DNA from: Nageia nagi
Lineage: Eukaryota > Plantae > Pinophyta
Length of the DNA stretch: 64,000 nt
Assembly: GCA_050084985.1 (NCBI GenBank)
Contig: JBITNC010000001.1
Location: 28,768,001-28,832,000, forward strand
Direction: 5' to 3'
Within the stretch, counting starts at the first letter, position 1. The number at the start of each line of letters is the position of its first letter. Positions 37,493 through 51,580 of the stretch are shown here, in pieces. Under the pieces are notes generated by a model, which was given only the letters and a program-made list of their open reading frames with translations, was not told the DNA's origin and searched no databases. Made by a program: the position numbers and the translations under genes.

Positions 37493-37932
37493 TGTTAGAA
37501 TTTGTAATGTAATATTGTGTAATATTTTTCTTTAATGTAATTCACTTAATGCTTAAAATATCTTTAGATACTTTAAAAAATTAAGGGAATAAATATAGAA
37601 AAATATTTAACTTTACCCTTGGGTAAAAGCGAGGTTAAAGAGTGAGTTTCATATTATAAATAGAGAGGTATCCCCTCTCATAATATAACTTGGAAGTAAG
37701 CTATTCTATAGGTTTAGGGTTTGGAGAGATAGGAGAGATTTTGTAAGAGAGGTCCTTGAGAATAAAAAGATCTTGGTTACTATATGTACTCCCAAGGAGG
37801 GAGGAACCACTTTATATCTTATATTCTTTGTGATATTGGCTTGAGTTATTATGTTGTTGTGTTGATGTTATGAAGTGCCTTCTTGAGATCTTGGTAGTTT
37901 AGAGATTAATTCAAAAAGAGTTAATTTCATCA
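37493..37932 (+). repeat. Element D 5' LTR
   Basis: tgttagaatttgtaatg...taatttcatca. About 1 difference per 10 bp versus the 3' LTR over the first ~100 bp, mostly transitions. Confidence 0.95.
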
Positions 37933-37934
37933 AG

Positions 37935-37947
37935 TGGTATCAGAGCC
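37935..37947 (+). promoter_or_regulatory. Element D primer-binding site (tRNA-iMet)
   Basis: tggtatcagagcc, 2 nt after the LTR. Confidence 0.95.
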
Positions 37948-40386
37948 ATCTTGGAGGTTCCTCTTCAACATCCTAGAAGTTCCATTCCATTTCTTCCTCC
38001 ATATACATCCTTATTGAGGTAAAATATTTATGGAGATATAACATCCTTTCTTTTCTCTTTCAATTTTTTGGATCATTTTATATGACATTAATAATTTTTT
38101 TTGTTAGTTGTGATCTAAAAAATTTGCTTAAAATGATAATACATTATTGTTATGTGATATTTTTTATATATTAACATATTTTCTTACTATATGCTAGTTC
38201 ATTTTTTTTAAATGTTATTGCTATTTTGTTTACTCACGTCTTTTTGTTAGTTGCAATTTTTTTTTATATAAATTTGCTTAATATATAGCAATAATGTGTT
38301 ATTTTGATGCTAACATTATTTTGTTAGTTATAATTTTTTAAGTGAATTTTCTTAAAAGATTAAAATAATATGTTAGTTTAGAATTTTGTTATAGCTTAAA
38401 TTTGCAAGTTTCTACATTAATATTTAATGTAGAAATGTTTAAAAGTGTTGCAATTTTTTTTTAACTTTGCAAAAAAAAAAAAATTATAGCAAATATTTTT
38501 TAACCACAATACCTTTGCTACAATGATTTTTTTTACAATACTAATATACTTAAAAAAATATATATGAACTATATATAAAAAACATTATATATATATATAT
38601 ATACATAAAAGAGGGAAGCATTAAAAAATCTATAAAAAATTCTGCATTTTTTCCTATAAAAAAGGGTATAGCATTATATATATATAGAGAGAGAGAGGCA
38701 AGGACTACACTCTAGTAGCCCACCACCAGGAAACTCCTTCTCTTATCTCTCTATCACACCAACACACCCCATGTCATGCCTCTGCCTCTGAGTCGTGCCT
38801 CCACCTCTGTCGGTGCTAAAGCTACCATCGCCTCTACTCAATTGCCCTAATAAAAAAACTATATATATATTAATTAAAAGAAAGGGAGATGGATTATGTT
38901 TGGGCTTTTTTTTTAAAAGGTAAGGTATTTTTTTTAAAAAAGTTGCTAATTTTTTTAAAAGGGGGACTTGTTTTTAGAGAAAAAGGAGTGATAATAAAAA
39001 GACTTTCTATTTTTTTGAGCTAAAGGTTGGATTAATGCCTTTTTTAGGCTATTTTTTTTAATTCTTTATATGTAATTTTTTAAAAAGGCTAATATTTCTT
39101 TATTTTTGAACTTATAATTTTTTTTACTAGTGTAAATTTATAAGGTCTTTATTAATCATGCACTTAAGAAAAAGGGAGAGATTTTTCCCAAATTTATTTT
39201 CTTAGCTAGTGTAAATTTATAAGGAATTTATTAATCATGCATTTAAGAAAAAGGAGGGAGATTATTTTTTAAATATTTTTTCTTAGAAATATTTTTACAT
39301 GAATAATTATAACTTATTATTGTGCACATGTGTGGATTTAAGAATTATTTTCCTAAATATGAATGCATGTTAGGATTAAATTTATTTTTCCTAAATGTAT
39401 TTACTTAGGAAATTTTTTTAAATACATGTTAGGATTAATCTTTTATTCCTAATCCATGATTATTGCCTACATATGTGGATAGATAAAAGTTCCCTTATAT
39501 GTTTTGGCTATTAAGCAATTTCTGATAATAAATTGCAAATATAGAATTATTTTTTTAAATCCAATGTTTAAGTAAAAAGAGGGAGAATTTTTTGTTATTT
39601 AAAATTAATGAACCTTTGTAAAGAGATCAATTAGGGGTTGTAACAAAATCCATTGGACTTTTACGTTCATACTTATGGATGATGTTTAGATGAAGTTTTT
39701 CATTTTAAAGCACTTTATTTGTTACATACATTTAGTTTCTCTACAATTTATACAAATATTTAAAATGCTTCCCCTAAAATGAACACATCCATATATTTTA
39801 TTCTACAACATGACTTGCTTGGGGAGCCATGAGGTGAGGACAAGGTAGACTAAAGCCTTTTAGTCTGATGACCTAAGTGGTGAAAAGCTTATACTTCTTA
39901 ATTTCCCTTAAGTCCTCTGTTAGTCTAGATAAAACTTCATATAGGTGGATAGGCATGTGTGTAGTGATACCACATGTTCATCTGTCCATTCAAAGATTAT
40001 CTTGATCATGTAAGAGAAAAATTAAAAACCTAATCAAGATAATAATTTGATCAATCCAACATACATCACAACCTTGAAAAATAGGTAGTACTTCTCCTTG
40101 TGAGAGTATATTATTGTTTAAGGTGAATTGGTTGAGAATTGGTAGGACCTAGGCTACTTACAAGCATCTAGGTGAAGGCCTAATTTTAGATAAAAAAATA
40201 AGATTCAAATCTACCCTCTTTATAATTATACTTGGTGATGAAGATGTTGGATGTATGATTATTACTCTTGTTAAGAATTTAAACATTTGATTTGTTGATT
40301 GGTTCAAATACATATTTGTATGATTAATATTTTAAATTTAACATTTATGCTTACATTATTTATCACCTTCATATTATTTTATAGCA

Positions 40387-43300
40387 ATGGAAGACTCTTT
40401 TGCATCCAATCATATCCTAGATGGTTCCAAATATGGTATTTGGGAACCTAGAATGAAAGCAAAACTTCAAGCATGGAAACTTTGGATGATTGTTAGTGAA
40501 AATCAAGTTGCTCCATCAGGAAAGGAGGAACTTGATGCTTCTAATACAAAAAATGATTTGGCAACTTAATTGATATTTTATGTTATTTTATATGAAATCC
40601 TCCTTATGATATCTTCTTCAAACTCTACAAAGGAAGCTTGGGATAAATTGAAGAGTATTTACCTTGACACCAAATTCTCTAGAAGGTTCACCATTCTTTA
40701 GAAGTTATTGCAATTATGTCAAGAGGAAAATGAAAGTGTGGAAATATATCTAAATAAGGTTACTAACCTTAGGACCCATCTTGTGGGGTGTGGTTGCAAT
40801 TAGATCAATAATGAGTTTCTTACATTCATCACCCTTCAAAGCCTCTCTACTAAATTCAATCACTTTGTGACTGCTATTGAAATAAGGCTTGATGATGAAA
40901 AAGAATTGTTATTATTGAAAAACATGTGAAAGATTCTCTTGAAATATGAAGAAACACTTAACAATAAAGTGTTGAACCCATCTCATAAGGAGCATTTTAT
41001 GGTACTAGGACTAATGAAACCTCACTTCAAAATGAAAAGCCATAACCAAAAGAAGGGTTCTCATGATCTAAAAAAGAACTTCAAAAAAGCTAAAAATAAA
41101 AAGTATTATGACTCTAATAAGACAAGAAAATTCAAAGTCAAATTTGATGATAATTATAATTTATGTAGCATCTATGGTCATAAGGAAGCTAATTGCTAAA
41201 AAAAAAAGATCAAGGTGAAAAAGGATATGAAAAATCAAACAAATCTAATAACAAGAATTCTACTTATGTTGTTGCATTTTACTCTAAATCTCATATTTTT
41301 TTAAATGATTAGATTATTGACTCTAGATGCACTAATCATATGTATTTCAAGAAGGCTAAGTTTGAAATTTTTCATAAGTATAGAAAAGATGCAGTTGTGA
41401 TAGGTGATAATTCAATCCTTGAAGTTCAAGGTATTGTAAGTATGTTGGTACAAGGAAAGAATCTTAAAAATATGCTTTATATTTCTAAACTAACTATGAA
41501 CCTTCTTACCATAATTTAAGTTGTAATAAAAGGTTACACTTTTGAGTTTAACTCACACTCTTGGTGCATGAAAAAGGTTCTTTCCACTTTGGTGAAAGGA
41601 TCAATGAAAGATGATCTCTACATTGTAGATTAATCTCCAAAAAAAATATGCCTTGCTACAAATGTTTGCTCTAGAGGTAATTTTTGACACCATAGATTAG
41701 GCTACTTTAACCACAAGAGCATTCAATTTATGAAATAATAAGAACTTATAGAAGTTTTACTTACAATATTACCTACAATTGGCCTTTATGAGAAGTGCAT
41801 TCTAGGAAAAATGAATCAACAAAATTTTTTAAAAGATAAGGAAACTAGGGAAACTCAACCTCTCTTGCTTGTGTATTTAGATTTAATGGGTCCATTTCCA
41901 ACTAAGTTACTTGGGAGAGAATCTTATGTTTTAACCTTTATTAATAACTTTAGTAGGATGACATTTGGTTATTTTTAGAGAATAAGGATCAAACTTTTGA
42001 TAGGTTCAAAGATTTCAAAGCTTTGGTTGAAAATTAGTTTGGATTCAAAATCAATATGTTGAGATCTGAAAATATGAGTGAGTATAATAACATTGAATTT
42101 AATAATTTTTGTACCAAGGATGGAATCAAGAGGTAATTTTGATTCCTTACACTCCTTAGCAGAATGGTGTTGCCAAAAGAAAGAATAGGTCCATTTAGAA
42201 AATGGCAAGATGTATGTTGGGTGATCTTCTTGGTTTCTTATGAGGTGAAGCTATAAATACTATAATTTACATCTTAAATAAGTGTCCTATGAATGGAGTT
42301 GAAGGAAAAACACCATATGAGATATGGACATGAAAAAAACCTAACATCTCTCACTTTAGGATCTTTATCTATGATGCTTATGCCTTTGTTGTTCTTGAGA
42401 AGAGAAAGAAGCTGGATAAGAGATTCAAAAAGTGCATCTTTGTGAGCTATGATAATCAGCATAGAGGCTACATGATCTATATACCTTTCTATAGAGTATT
42501 ACTTATGTCAATAGATGTAAAGTTCAATAAACTTCTTGAAGAATTTGCTTCTTATGAAAACCTAGATTAGGTTGATGACTCTTCTATTGCACCTAATTGG
42601 ATGGATGTTAGTATGGATATATCACCTAAGGAACAAAACTCTCTAACACAAAGGATAACTAGAAGTATGATCATTAATAAATCTTTATTTTTCAAAATTG
42701 ATAGTAAGAATGAGCCTTCATCCTTCAAATAAGATTCAAAGCATGAGTGCTAGATGAATGTAATGAATGTGGAGTATGAATATCTAACCAAGAATAAAAC
42801 TTGGAATTGGTTTCTTATCCTAATGATCAAAATATGATTGATAATAAATGGGTTTAAAAGGTCAAATATAATTCAATTGGTGAGATTCAAAAATACAAAG
42901 CAAGGTTAGTAGCTAAGTGTTTCATTCAAAAATATAGAGTTAATTATGAGGAAACCTTTACTCTAGTGAAAAAGATATCTACTTTCAGGGTGATTCTTAC
43001 TCTTTCAATAGCCCAAGGATGGAAAGTTTTTCAACTTAATGTTAAGAGTGTTTTTCTCAATGATGACTTAGATGTAAAAATCTACATGAGCCAACCATAA
43101 GGGTTTGTTGTGGAAGGTAAAGAATCATTTGTTTGAAAGCTAAAGAAGTCTTTGTAGGGACTTAAGCAAGCACCTTAGGCTTGGTATAATAAGATTTCAA
43201 GATACTTTGAGGATATTGGTTTTTCTAAATGCTTCTTTAACATTGATCTTTATGTGCTTAACCAAGTACAAGACTTGATCTTGGTTTTTATCTATGTGGA

Positions 43301-44245
43301 TGATTTGTTGATTATAGGGAATAATATAGTCCTCATCCAAGAGTGCATATCCAAAATAAAAAAAAAAATTGAAATGATAGACCTTGGTTTATTGCATAAC
43401 TACCTTCGTATACAGGTATACCAATACACACAATTATACTTATTATAGTCAATCCAAGTATATCTCATATATCATGTAAAATTTTGGAATGGAGGAGTGC
43501 AAACCTGCTACAATTGTAGTCTCTCCTCAAATCACTTTATCTCTTAGTTCTAACTCTCAGGTGGTAGATGCTATAGTTTATAGGCAACTTATTAGTAGTC
43601 TTCTTTATTTAATTATCTCTAGGCCAAATATTACCCTTGCTATGAATTTGATAAGTTGCTTTATATAGAAGCTGTATTGAGCACCTCAATGCAGTTAAGT
43701 AATTTTTAAGGTATGTTGTAGGCACTAAGAATCTTGTTCTCAAATATGACAAGTTTTCTTCATTTATTCTCTTATGATTCTTAGATTATGACTATGGATG
43801 AGACAAAGATGATAAAAAATAAACTTTTACCTATTTGTTTAGTATTGATTCAAGTGCTATCTCATGGGCTTCCAAAAAGTAGCCTATTATTGTTCTCTCC
43901 ACCATAAAGGCTAAATATCATGCAATGTTAATCATCATCTAGAAATCCATTTGGTTGAGGTATATTGTAAAAAAAAAATAGGTATGAGCAAGTTCTTCCA
44001 TCTCAAATTTATTTAGATAATCAATTAGCTATTGCTTTGAAAAAGAATTCTATTTTTCATTAGAGAATAAAATATGTAGAAATGTCACTTTATTAAAGAG
44101 AAGGTTCTGGATGGTCTTCTACACTTGTAATATTGTCAATTAGTCATAAAATCTATTGATTTATTCACCAAGTCCCTTTTTGAAGCTTAGTATTACAAGT
44201 TTAGGGATTCCATTAGGTTGGTGAAGTTGCCCTTAAAGAGGGAGT
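40387..44245 (+). pseudogene. Element D gag-pol (Copia order), decayed
   Basis: ILDGSKYGIWEPRMKAKLQAWKLW (gag N-terminus), CSIYGHKEANC (zinc knuckle), IIDSRCTNHM (PR), HHRLGYFNH (GAG-pre-integrase), DLMGPF (INT), KYKARLVAK, LKQAP and IYVDDLLIIG (RT), ISWASKK and DLFTKSL (RH). Confidence 0.95.
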
Positions 44246-45287
44246 AAAAGTTGAATTATTATTGAATCCATATCTATTGTAACTTCTTCCTTATTAATAA
44301 AGTTGTTGAGTACTTTATTTTGATACTTTGATTATACATTGCTCATTAGGTGACTATAGGTTTTGGCTTAGTATCTTAATGATGTCTTATAGTGCACCAC
44401 AAATCCAAGCACATTATATCAAAAAGAAATTTCTTGATGGAATAACTATAGCTCTATTCATATAACTTTGGCTATCCTAATTTCTTCACTACATTGTTTT
44501 AAAAACTTTATTTTGCACACTTTAAAATTTATTTTTAGTTAGTGAAGTTATCCTCAAGGGAGAGTGAAATTTAAATTTTTATATTGAATTCATATTTGTG
44601 ATGACAACTTCATCCCTAAGAGGATATTTTATTGTATAGTGTTGATCTTAATATACAACTTTATGGTTAGTTTGCTCTATATGAGAAACTCATAGTACAT
44701 TTTAGTTTTTATTATCACTATGTCAGGAATCAGTATGTGCATTTGTCACTATTTGGTTATCCATATGTGAGGGATTCATATGTGCATATGCTTTATTTTA
44801 TTTATGATGATCAACACATATTTTTTTAATATACAATAGGTTATTATGAGTATTGGCTTGGCATCTTCATGATGAATTATAATGCATCTTTGATCAATTT
44901 ATGGATGGCATTACTTAGTTTATTTATCTTATGATTGATATGAATATTTACATATGCATCTAATTGATCTTGTGTATGAGCTATTTATATCTTGTAGGTT
45001 TCATATTGAGAATAAAGGTTACTTACTTTGGGTGGGTAGGCTCATGGAGGCTCATATGTCAACTTAGTGTTGATTGACTACACTTTATAGTGAAACCAAC
45101 TATGGTTAATGATTGTATTGTAAACAATTTTGTTAAATGTTAAAGTAGTGAGTCTCAAATCAAGATCTTACTTATTTCTCAAATATATAAAAGTTCTCAT
45201 CTCCATTTGTATCTCTATGGAGGATAACTCTTTCTTACTCTCTCTTTATTCCTCTATGCTCTATCCCAATATTACATTAAGAGGGAG

Positions 45288-45728
45288 TGTTAGAATTTGT
45301 AATGTAATATTGTGCAATATTTCTCTTTAATATAAATTTACTTAATGTTTAAAGTATCTTTAGATACCTTAAAACATTAAAGGAACAAATATGAAAAAAA
45401 AAATTAACCTTACCTTAGGGTAAAAGGGAGGTTAAAGAGTGGGTTTTATATTAAAAATAGAGAGGTATCTCCTCTCATAATGTAACTTAAAAGAAAGTTA
45501 TTCTATAGGTTTAAAGTTTAGAGAGATAGAAGAGATTTTCAAAAAGAGGTCCTTAACAATAAGAAGATATTGGTTAGTAGATGTACTTCTAAGGAGGGAG
45601 GAACCACTTTATATATTATGTTCTTTGTGAGATTGGATATGTTATTATACTATTGTGTTGATATTGTGAAGTGCCTTCTTAAGATCTTGATTGTTTAGAG
45701 GTTAATTCAAAAAGGCTTAATTTCATCA
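45288..45728 (+). repeat. Element D 3' LTR
   Basis: Direct repeat of 37493-37932, preceded by the PPT. Confidence 0.95.
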
Positions 45729-45733
45729 AGACA

Positions 45734-48700
45734 TAAGCAAAATACTAATCGAAATAATAAACAAGATGCTTATAGACCTAGGAAACCTTGATAGAAAGAG
45801 CCACATAAACCTTGGAAACCTTTGGTCAAGCCTATCAAATAAGTTTTGAAGAAACTCTTAGATGCATAATTGGTCAATATCCTCGAAGTTAAATCTGAAG
45901 ATCTAAATTGGGAGAAACTAGCATGGTATAAAGATAATGAGTATTGCATTTATTATAGATAGAAAGGATATGATATAAATAAATGCAATTAGTTAAGGAA
46001 CACCATTTAGAGGCTAATAGATAATGGAAAAGTATCAAATGGGAATCCAGTCACCCAAACTAACAAACATTTGGGTGTTTTTTATGATCCCTTACCTAGA
46101 CACAATAATAATGTCAATCAAATCTCTTCAAACATGATGCAATAGGTTATCCATGACTATAATCCTAGGAAGAATAATGTGTTTATGGGGTTCAACAACA
46201 TAGATTCCTACTTTCCCTTTGTGGGAGGTATTGATATAACCCTTAACTATGAGTTTATGGGTATCATGGATCCACACCTAGCATATCTGATCATAGAGGT
46301 TTACAATAGTAATATGATTGGGGTAACAACTAAAATAGGTAGAGGTAATGATAGAGCACATCCTCCTACGCCTAGGGAATCAAGAATCCAACAAGCTTTA
46401 CTTCAACCTATGGTCTAGATTCAACTTCAAGTTCTTGGATCCCTAGTGACCATACAAAAATAATTGGAACAACTACTTAGGATGACTCAAACAAATCTAT
46501 CCCTATGGGACCTATTACAACAATACCCCAAACATAGGAATGCTTTGAATAATATCTTAAAGACTATTAAATTAAATAGTAACAATCCTAATTCTTTTGG
46601 AGACTTTATAGGGGTTGTTCAGAGTGCTACTAGACCCAATATTACTTTTTTTCATGATGAAATTTAGCATTCTCCTTTTGATAAGACAAAGCACCCAGCT
46701 TTGGACATTGTAGCTCTCATGGATTCTTGTCTATAAAAAAGAGTATTGGTAGACAATGGGTCTACAATTAATATCATATCTTCAATGGAATTTGAGAGAC
46801 TAAAGGTTCCTATCAAGTTTTTGAATTCTCCTATGCTCACTATTAGGGCCTTTAATAATACTTTGGATTCTACCATGGGCATAATTATTCTTCTAGTTAA
46901 AGTTGTAGTCAAAGAGATTGCAACTACCTATTATGTGGTCAAAGGTGAGATGCAATATAACTTGATTTTAGGTTTATCATTGATAGAGAACATGGATGCT
47001 ATTCTATATACCTTGCATAGATGCCATGTGGACATATATTTCATGTCATTATTTTGTGAATGATCATCCTAATTTGATGTCTTCAAACTCATAAGAACCT
47101 TCATCCTTGACTTTGTAATCTATTTACTTTGCTTCCTCCTCATAGCCATCCACTTCATCTCCCTTGAGCATGGATCCCTTTATATGCCTTGATGGTAAAT
47201 CACCTAAGGATTTTGCATGACCACCTTCTATTTGTTAGACCTTTTCCACATCCATCCATGAAAATTACTAACCATCCTATCATAAAGTGCCTCCACTGGA
47301 TCAATTCCATTTATCTTCATCATGTATGTCATCTGATTCATCATAGGAATATAAGCCCTCTTCCTCTTTGGTTGGTCCCAATCCTCCTGACCAACATTAT
47401 GTCAACATTATTATGTCATCATCATCTTATTTCCCCAAGTATGAATGTATCAAAAATAAGGAATATCATATAAATGATGTGCCTTTTCATATTCCCTCTA
47501 TAAAATACTTAGGGAGACATTTGGAATTCCCACTTGATCTTGGATTGCTCATCCCACTAGGATCACATCTAAACTAATCTTTCTTTATTTACATGAGTGT
47601 GTATTCACCATATGACATTCCCCTTGAGCATTATCTCAAGGAGAAATTTTGTGCCAAAATAGAATATCTTTCTTGTCCTAAACTAGTGTGTAAACACTTT
47701 GCTAAATGGAAATGGAAATGATATGGCCTAGGTAACTATAGCATGGACAAGTTCATGCTTTTTTTATTCCATTTTAATCTAATCAAAATAAATGAGGTCT
47801 AAGGTATCATGGTCCTAAACTTAAACCTCTATAATAAAAAATTTCTAATCTTAATCTTCCAAAAGTGGAGATGATACATAATGACAAACATGACATTCAT
47901 TTATGTTTTGGTCCATCTAATCCTCATGCTTTGGAGTGTTCCATCCCAAATGATTTCTTCCATGAGCCTTCATGTAGCCTTGCTTTGTATGTGTTAATGA
48001 TTTTCCTTGATGTTCCATCACCTTTTTTCCCTCTTCTGAATTGCAACTCATACAGTTATGTCAATCCTTTATCTATGAATTTATCTCTTTTTTTAGGTCT
48101 TTCCTTTTTCTTGGATGATGGTCTCTTTCTTCTAATTTTTTTGATGAAGTTGAATCATCAAACCTAACTTATTTCATAAATAGTTTGGATGAATATGATT
48201 TTGAATAATTTCCTATCTTCAAGTAGTTATAGGATGGATCCCACATGCACATAGGGAATTTTGATGAGATAAATATCAGTGATAATCCCATAGACCCAAA
48301 GATAGTCTACATGGGGGATATCTAAGATGAATCAGAAAGAGAAAAACCCATAGAAATATTGAAGAATTATGTTAAATTCTTGGCTTACAATTAAAAGGAA
48401 ATGTCAAGTATGGATCCTAATGTTGCAGTTCACAATATTATCACTCGATTGAATGCTAAGCTTATCAAGCAAAAACCTAAGAGAATCAATCCCATAAAAT
48501 CACTTCAAATTAAAGAGGAGATTTAGAAATTGTTAGATACCAAGTTTATCCATTATATTGATTATCCTTAATGGGTTTGTAACATGATCCTCATTGGTAA
48601 GCCTAGGGTCATATTGGAGTTTATACATACTTCCAAGATCTTAATGTAGCTTATCCCAAAGATGACTTCTTGCTGCCTAACATAGACACCCTACTTGAAA

Positions 48701-51580
48701 ATATAGTAGGATATGAGATGTTGTATTTCATGGATAAATTTTTAGGATATAATCAAATTTGGATCACCCTCAGGATCAACATAAGATTACATTTACCATA
48801 CCTTAGGGGACTTAATGTTATAAGGTCATGCCCTTCAGACTCAAGAATGATGGTGCTACCTATTAATGGGCCGTGACTTATATCTTCTATGACATGATAC
48901 ATGATATTATGGAGGATTATGTGGATGAATTGTTACCTAAATCTAGGAGAAGAGACCAATATTGAGAAGTCTTAGAGAGGGTCTTTCAAAGTTTACTCAA
49001 GCACAATGTTAGATTGAATCCTAGGAAGTGTGTTTTTGGGGTCACATCAGGTAAGTTACTAAGATTCATTATTTCTAAAAGAGGCTTAAAATTCAATCCT
49101 AAAAAATTGATTGCTATCACTAGTATGCCTCTGCCTCATGATATTAAAACTCTAATAAGTCTTCAAGGTAAGATTTAGGCCATCAAAAGTTATATAGCTT
49201 AGTTATTTGATAAGTGTCGATCATTTAATGAGCTTATTAAAAAGGAGGTGAAATTTGATTGGAATGAGGGTTGTCAAAAAGATTTTGATAACATTAGGCA
49301 ATAATTTCTATATCCTCTAGTTCTTTTCCACCCAGTGATGATATCCTCTTTCATCTATATCTTTCATCCATTGACTTTACCATAGGAGTCATGTTATCAT
49401 ACAAAAATGAACAAGAAAAGGAGCAAGTTATCTACTATCTTAGTTGTACACTTGTTGATTATAATATTAGGTATGTATACATTAAGAAAGTATTCCTTAC
49501 ACTATTGCTACCATTAAACTAAGATATTATATGCTTAATCATACTACCTATGTTATCTCTAAGGCTTATCCATTGAAATACATGATGAGCAAGCTATATC
49601 ATAATATGTGCACCACTAAGTGGATCATGTTCCTATAAGAGTTTTACCTAATATTTATTAGTTATAAGTCCATAAAGGATCAAATTATATTATATAAACT
49701 AGAAAAGGCACCTATTTAGGCTACTACCCCTCTTAAGATCACTCTCCTTGATGAGGATGTTTTTAAGGTTGATAAGATTGAGGAGGTAGTGGACACTCAA
49801 GAAGACTATGATATGACTATGTATTTTGATGGGTTGAAATGTGAATAAGGGGTGGGGTTGGAGTTGTTTTATTCATTAACTAGGTCATTCCCATCCCATA
49901 TTATTTCATCCTCAACTTCATGTACACTAATAACAATGTAGAGTATGAGGCACTTATCTTGGATCTTAAAGTAGTCTTCGAGTTAAAATTAGAAAGATTG
50001 CTCATCTATGAAGATTCTCAATTGATAGTTAATTAGATCCTAAGCACTTATCAATGTCATAAGTAGATTTTAAAGACTTATAGATATGTGGCATTGAAGT
50101 TACTAAATTTGTTTAAATCTTACAAGATTAAGACTTCCCCTAGATCATCTAATTGATTTGCAGACACTATGGCATCCTTAGGGTCACTTATCCCTCCTAA
50201 TCCTCATAGGTACATTTAACATGTGGAGATAGTGACCTTGAAAGAATATACTCTTAAGTTACCATTACCTTATGGTATATCATTATTTTCAATCAATGAG
50301 ATCACTATCGAGCCATGTGACTTATGGTATAAAAAATTGCATGAGTATTTAAAGTGGAATGCCACACCTCCTAATTTACTAACTAGTTAAAAATGAACAT
50401 TTAAGCAAAAGGCATATTATTATGCCATATTAGGAGATGTGTTCTATAAGCAATCATATGATAGTCCTTCTACATTGTTTAGAGCTATGTGACTAGGTCA
50501 TTACTATGTAGACTTGTCATGATGGCATATGTGGTGGGAATTTTAATGAAACCACCATTTCTAAGTGTATTCTTAGGATGGGATATTATTGGCCTACCAT
50601 GTAATGATACTATCAAGAATATGTCAAAAAGTATGTTAAGTATTAGAAATATTCTAATTTACAACATCTTTATACTCAAGCACTTAACCCCATTTAGTTT
50701 GTATTACCTTTTGAACAATGGGATGTTGATCTCATAGGGTAGTTTGTACCTCCCTCTTTAGGTGGACATATGTTCATTATCACTGCAAAAGTGTATTTAA
50801 CCAAGTGGGTTGAGGTCAATCCATTTGATTCCATCATAGATCCTAAGATTACCAATTGCATTGATACTCACATCATTTTTTGATTTGGCATCCTACATAA
50901 GATTATATTATACAATGGATTACCTTTTAAGAATCAATATGTGCAAGCATTATGCAATGGTTACAATATTAAACATTCCTTCTCCATGTCATATTATCCT
51001 CAAGGTAACAATCAAGCAAAAGGATCTAACACAACCATTGTCACAATCCTAAAAAACATGGTTAATGAAAACCATAGAAAATGGTATGAGTGTCTCCACT
51101 ATGCTTTGTGGGCCTATCACACCAGTATTAGGACACTTACAAGGGCTACCCCTTTCTCATTAGTATATGGTGTGGAAGTAGTAATGCCACTTGAGCTAGA
51201 AATCCCATCTCTGAGAGTTCAACTTTAGGGCCTCATTCCAGATGAGGATGCCAAACAAGCTGGATTAGATCAGCTTACCCTTCTTGATGAGATACGTGTT
51301 AATGTTATCCAACATCATAAGGTCTATCAAAAATTATTGAAATGGGTGTATAAAAAAAGGTCAGACCTAAAGAGTTTGAGATTGGTGACTTAGTACCTAA
51401 AGAGAATCAATAACAATCACACCTTGAGAGGTCGCTTCAAGATAAGTTTGCACCAAATTGGTTAAGATCCTATATAGTCAAGAAGAAATTTGGTAAAAGA
51501 GCCTATCATTTGGTGGATATAGAGGGTCAATAAGAGTTTAATCTTATTAACATCATCCATCTTTGTCCATTCTATGCTTA
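45734..51580 (+). pseudogene. Element C gag C-terminus, protease, G-patch-like segment, RT, RNase H, additional archaeal-type RNase H and integrase, decayed
   Basis: CIYYR*KGYDINKC (zinc knuckle), RVLVDNGSTINII..YNLILG (PR), PKDDFLLPNID..FMDKFLGYNQI and EDYVDELL (RT), MYFDGLK..TNNNVEYEAL..IYEDSQLI (aRH), YYPQGNNQA..LHYALWAYHTSIRT..TPFSLVYG and KFAPNWLRSY (INT). Confidence 0.93.

Larger units (their letters stand above)
37493..45728 (+). mobile_element. Element D: Ty1/Copia LTR retrotransposon, structurally complete but decayed
   Basis: LTRs 37493-37932 and 45288-45728 (TG..CA, ~440 bp), TSD agacc/agaca, perfect Met PBS, PPT aagagggag at 45279-45287 and order gag-PR-INT-RT-RH. Confidence 0.96.
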
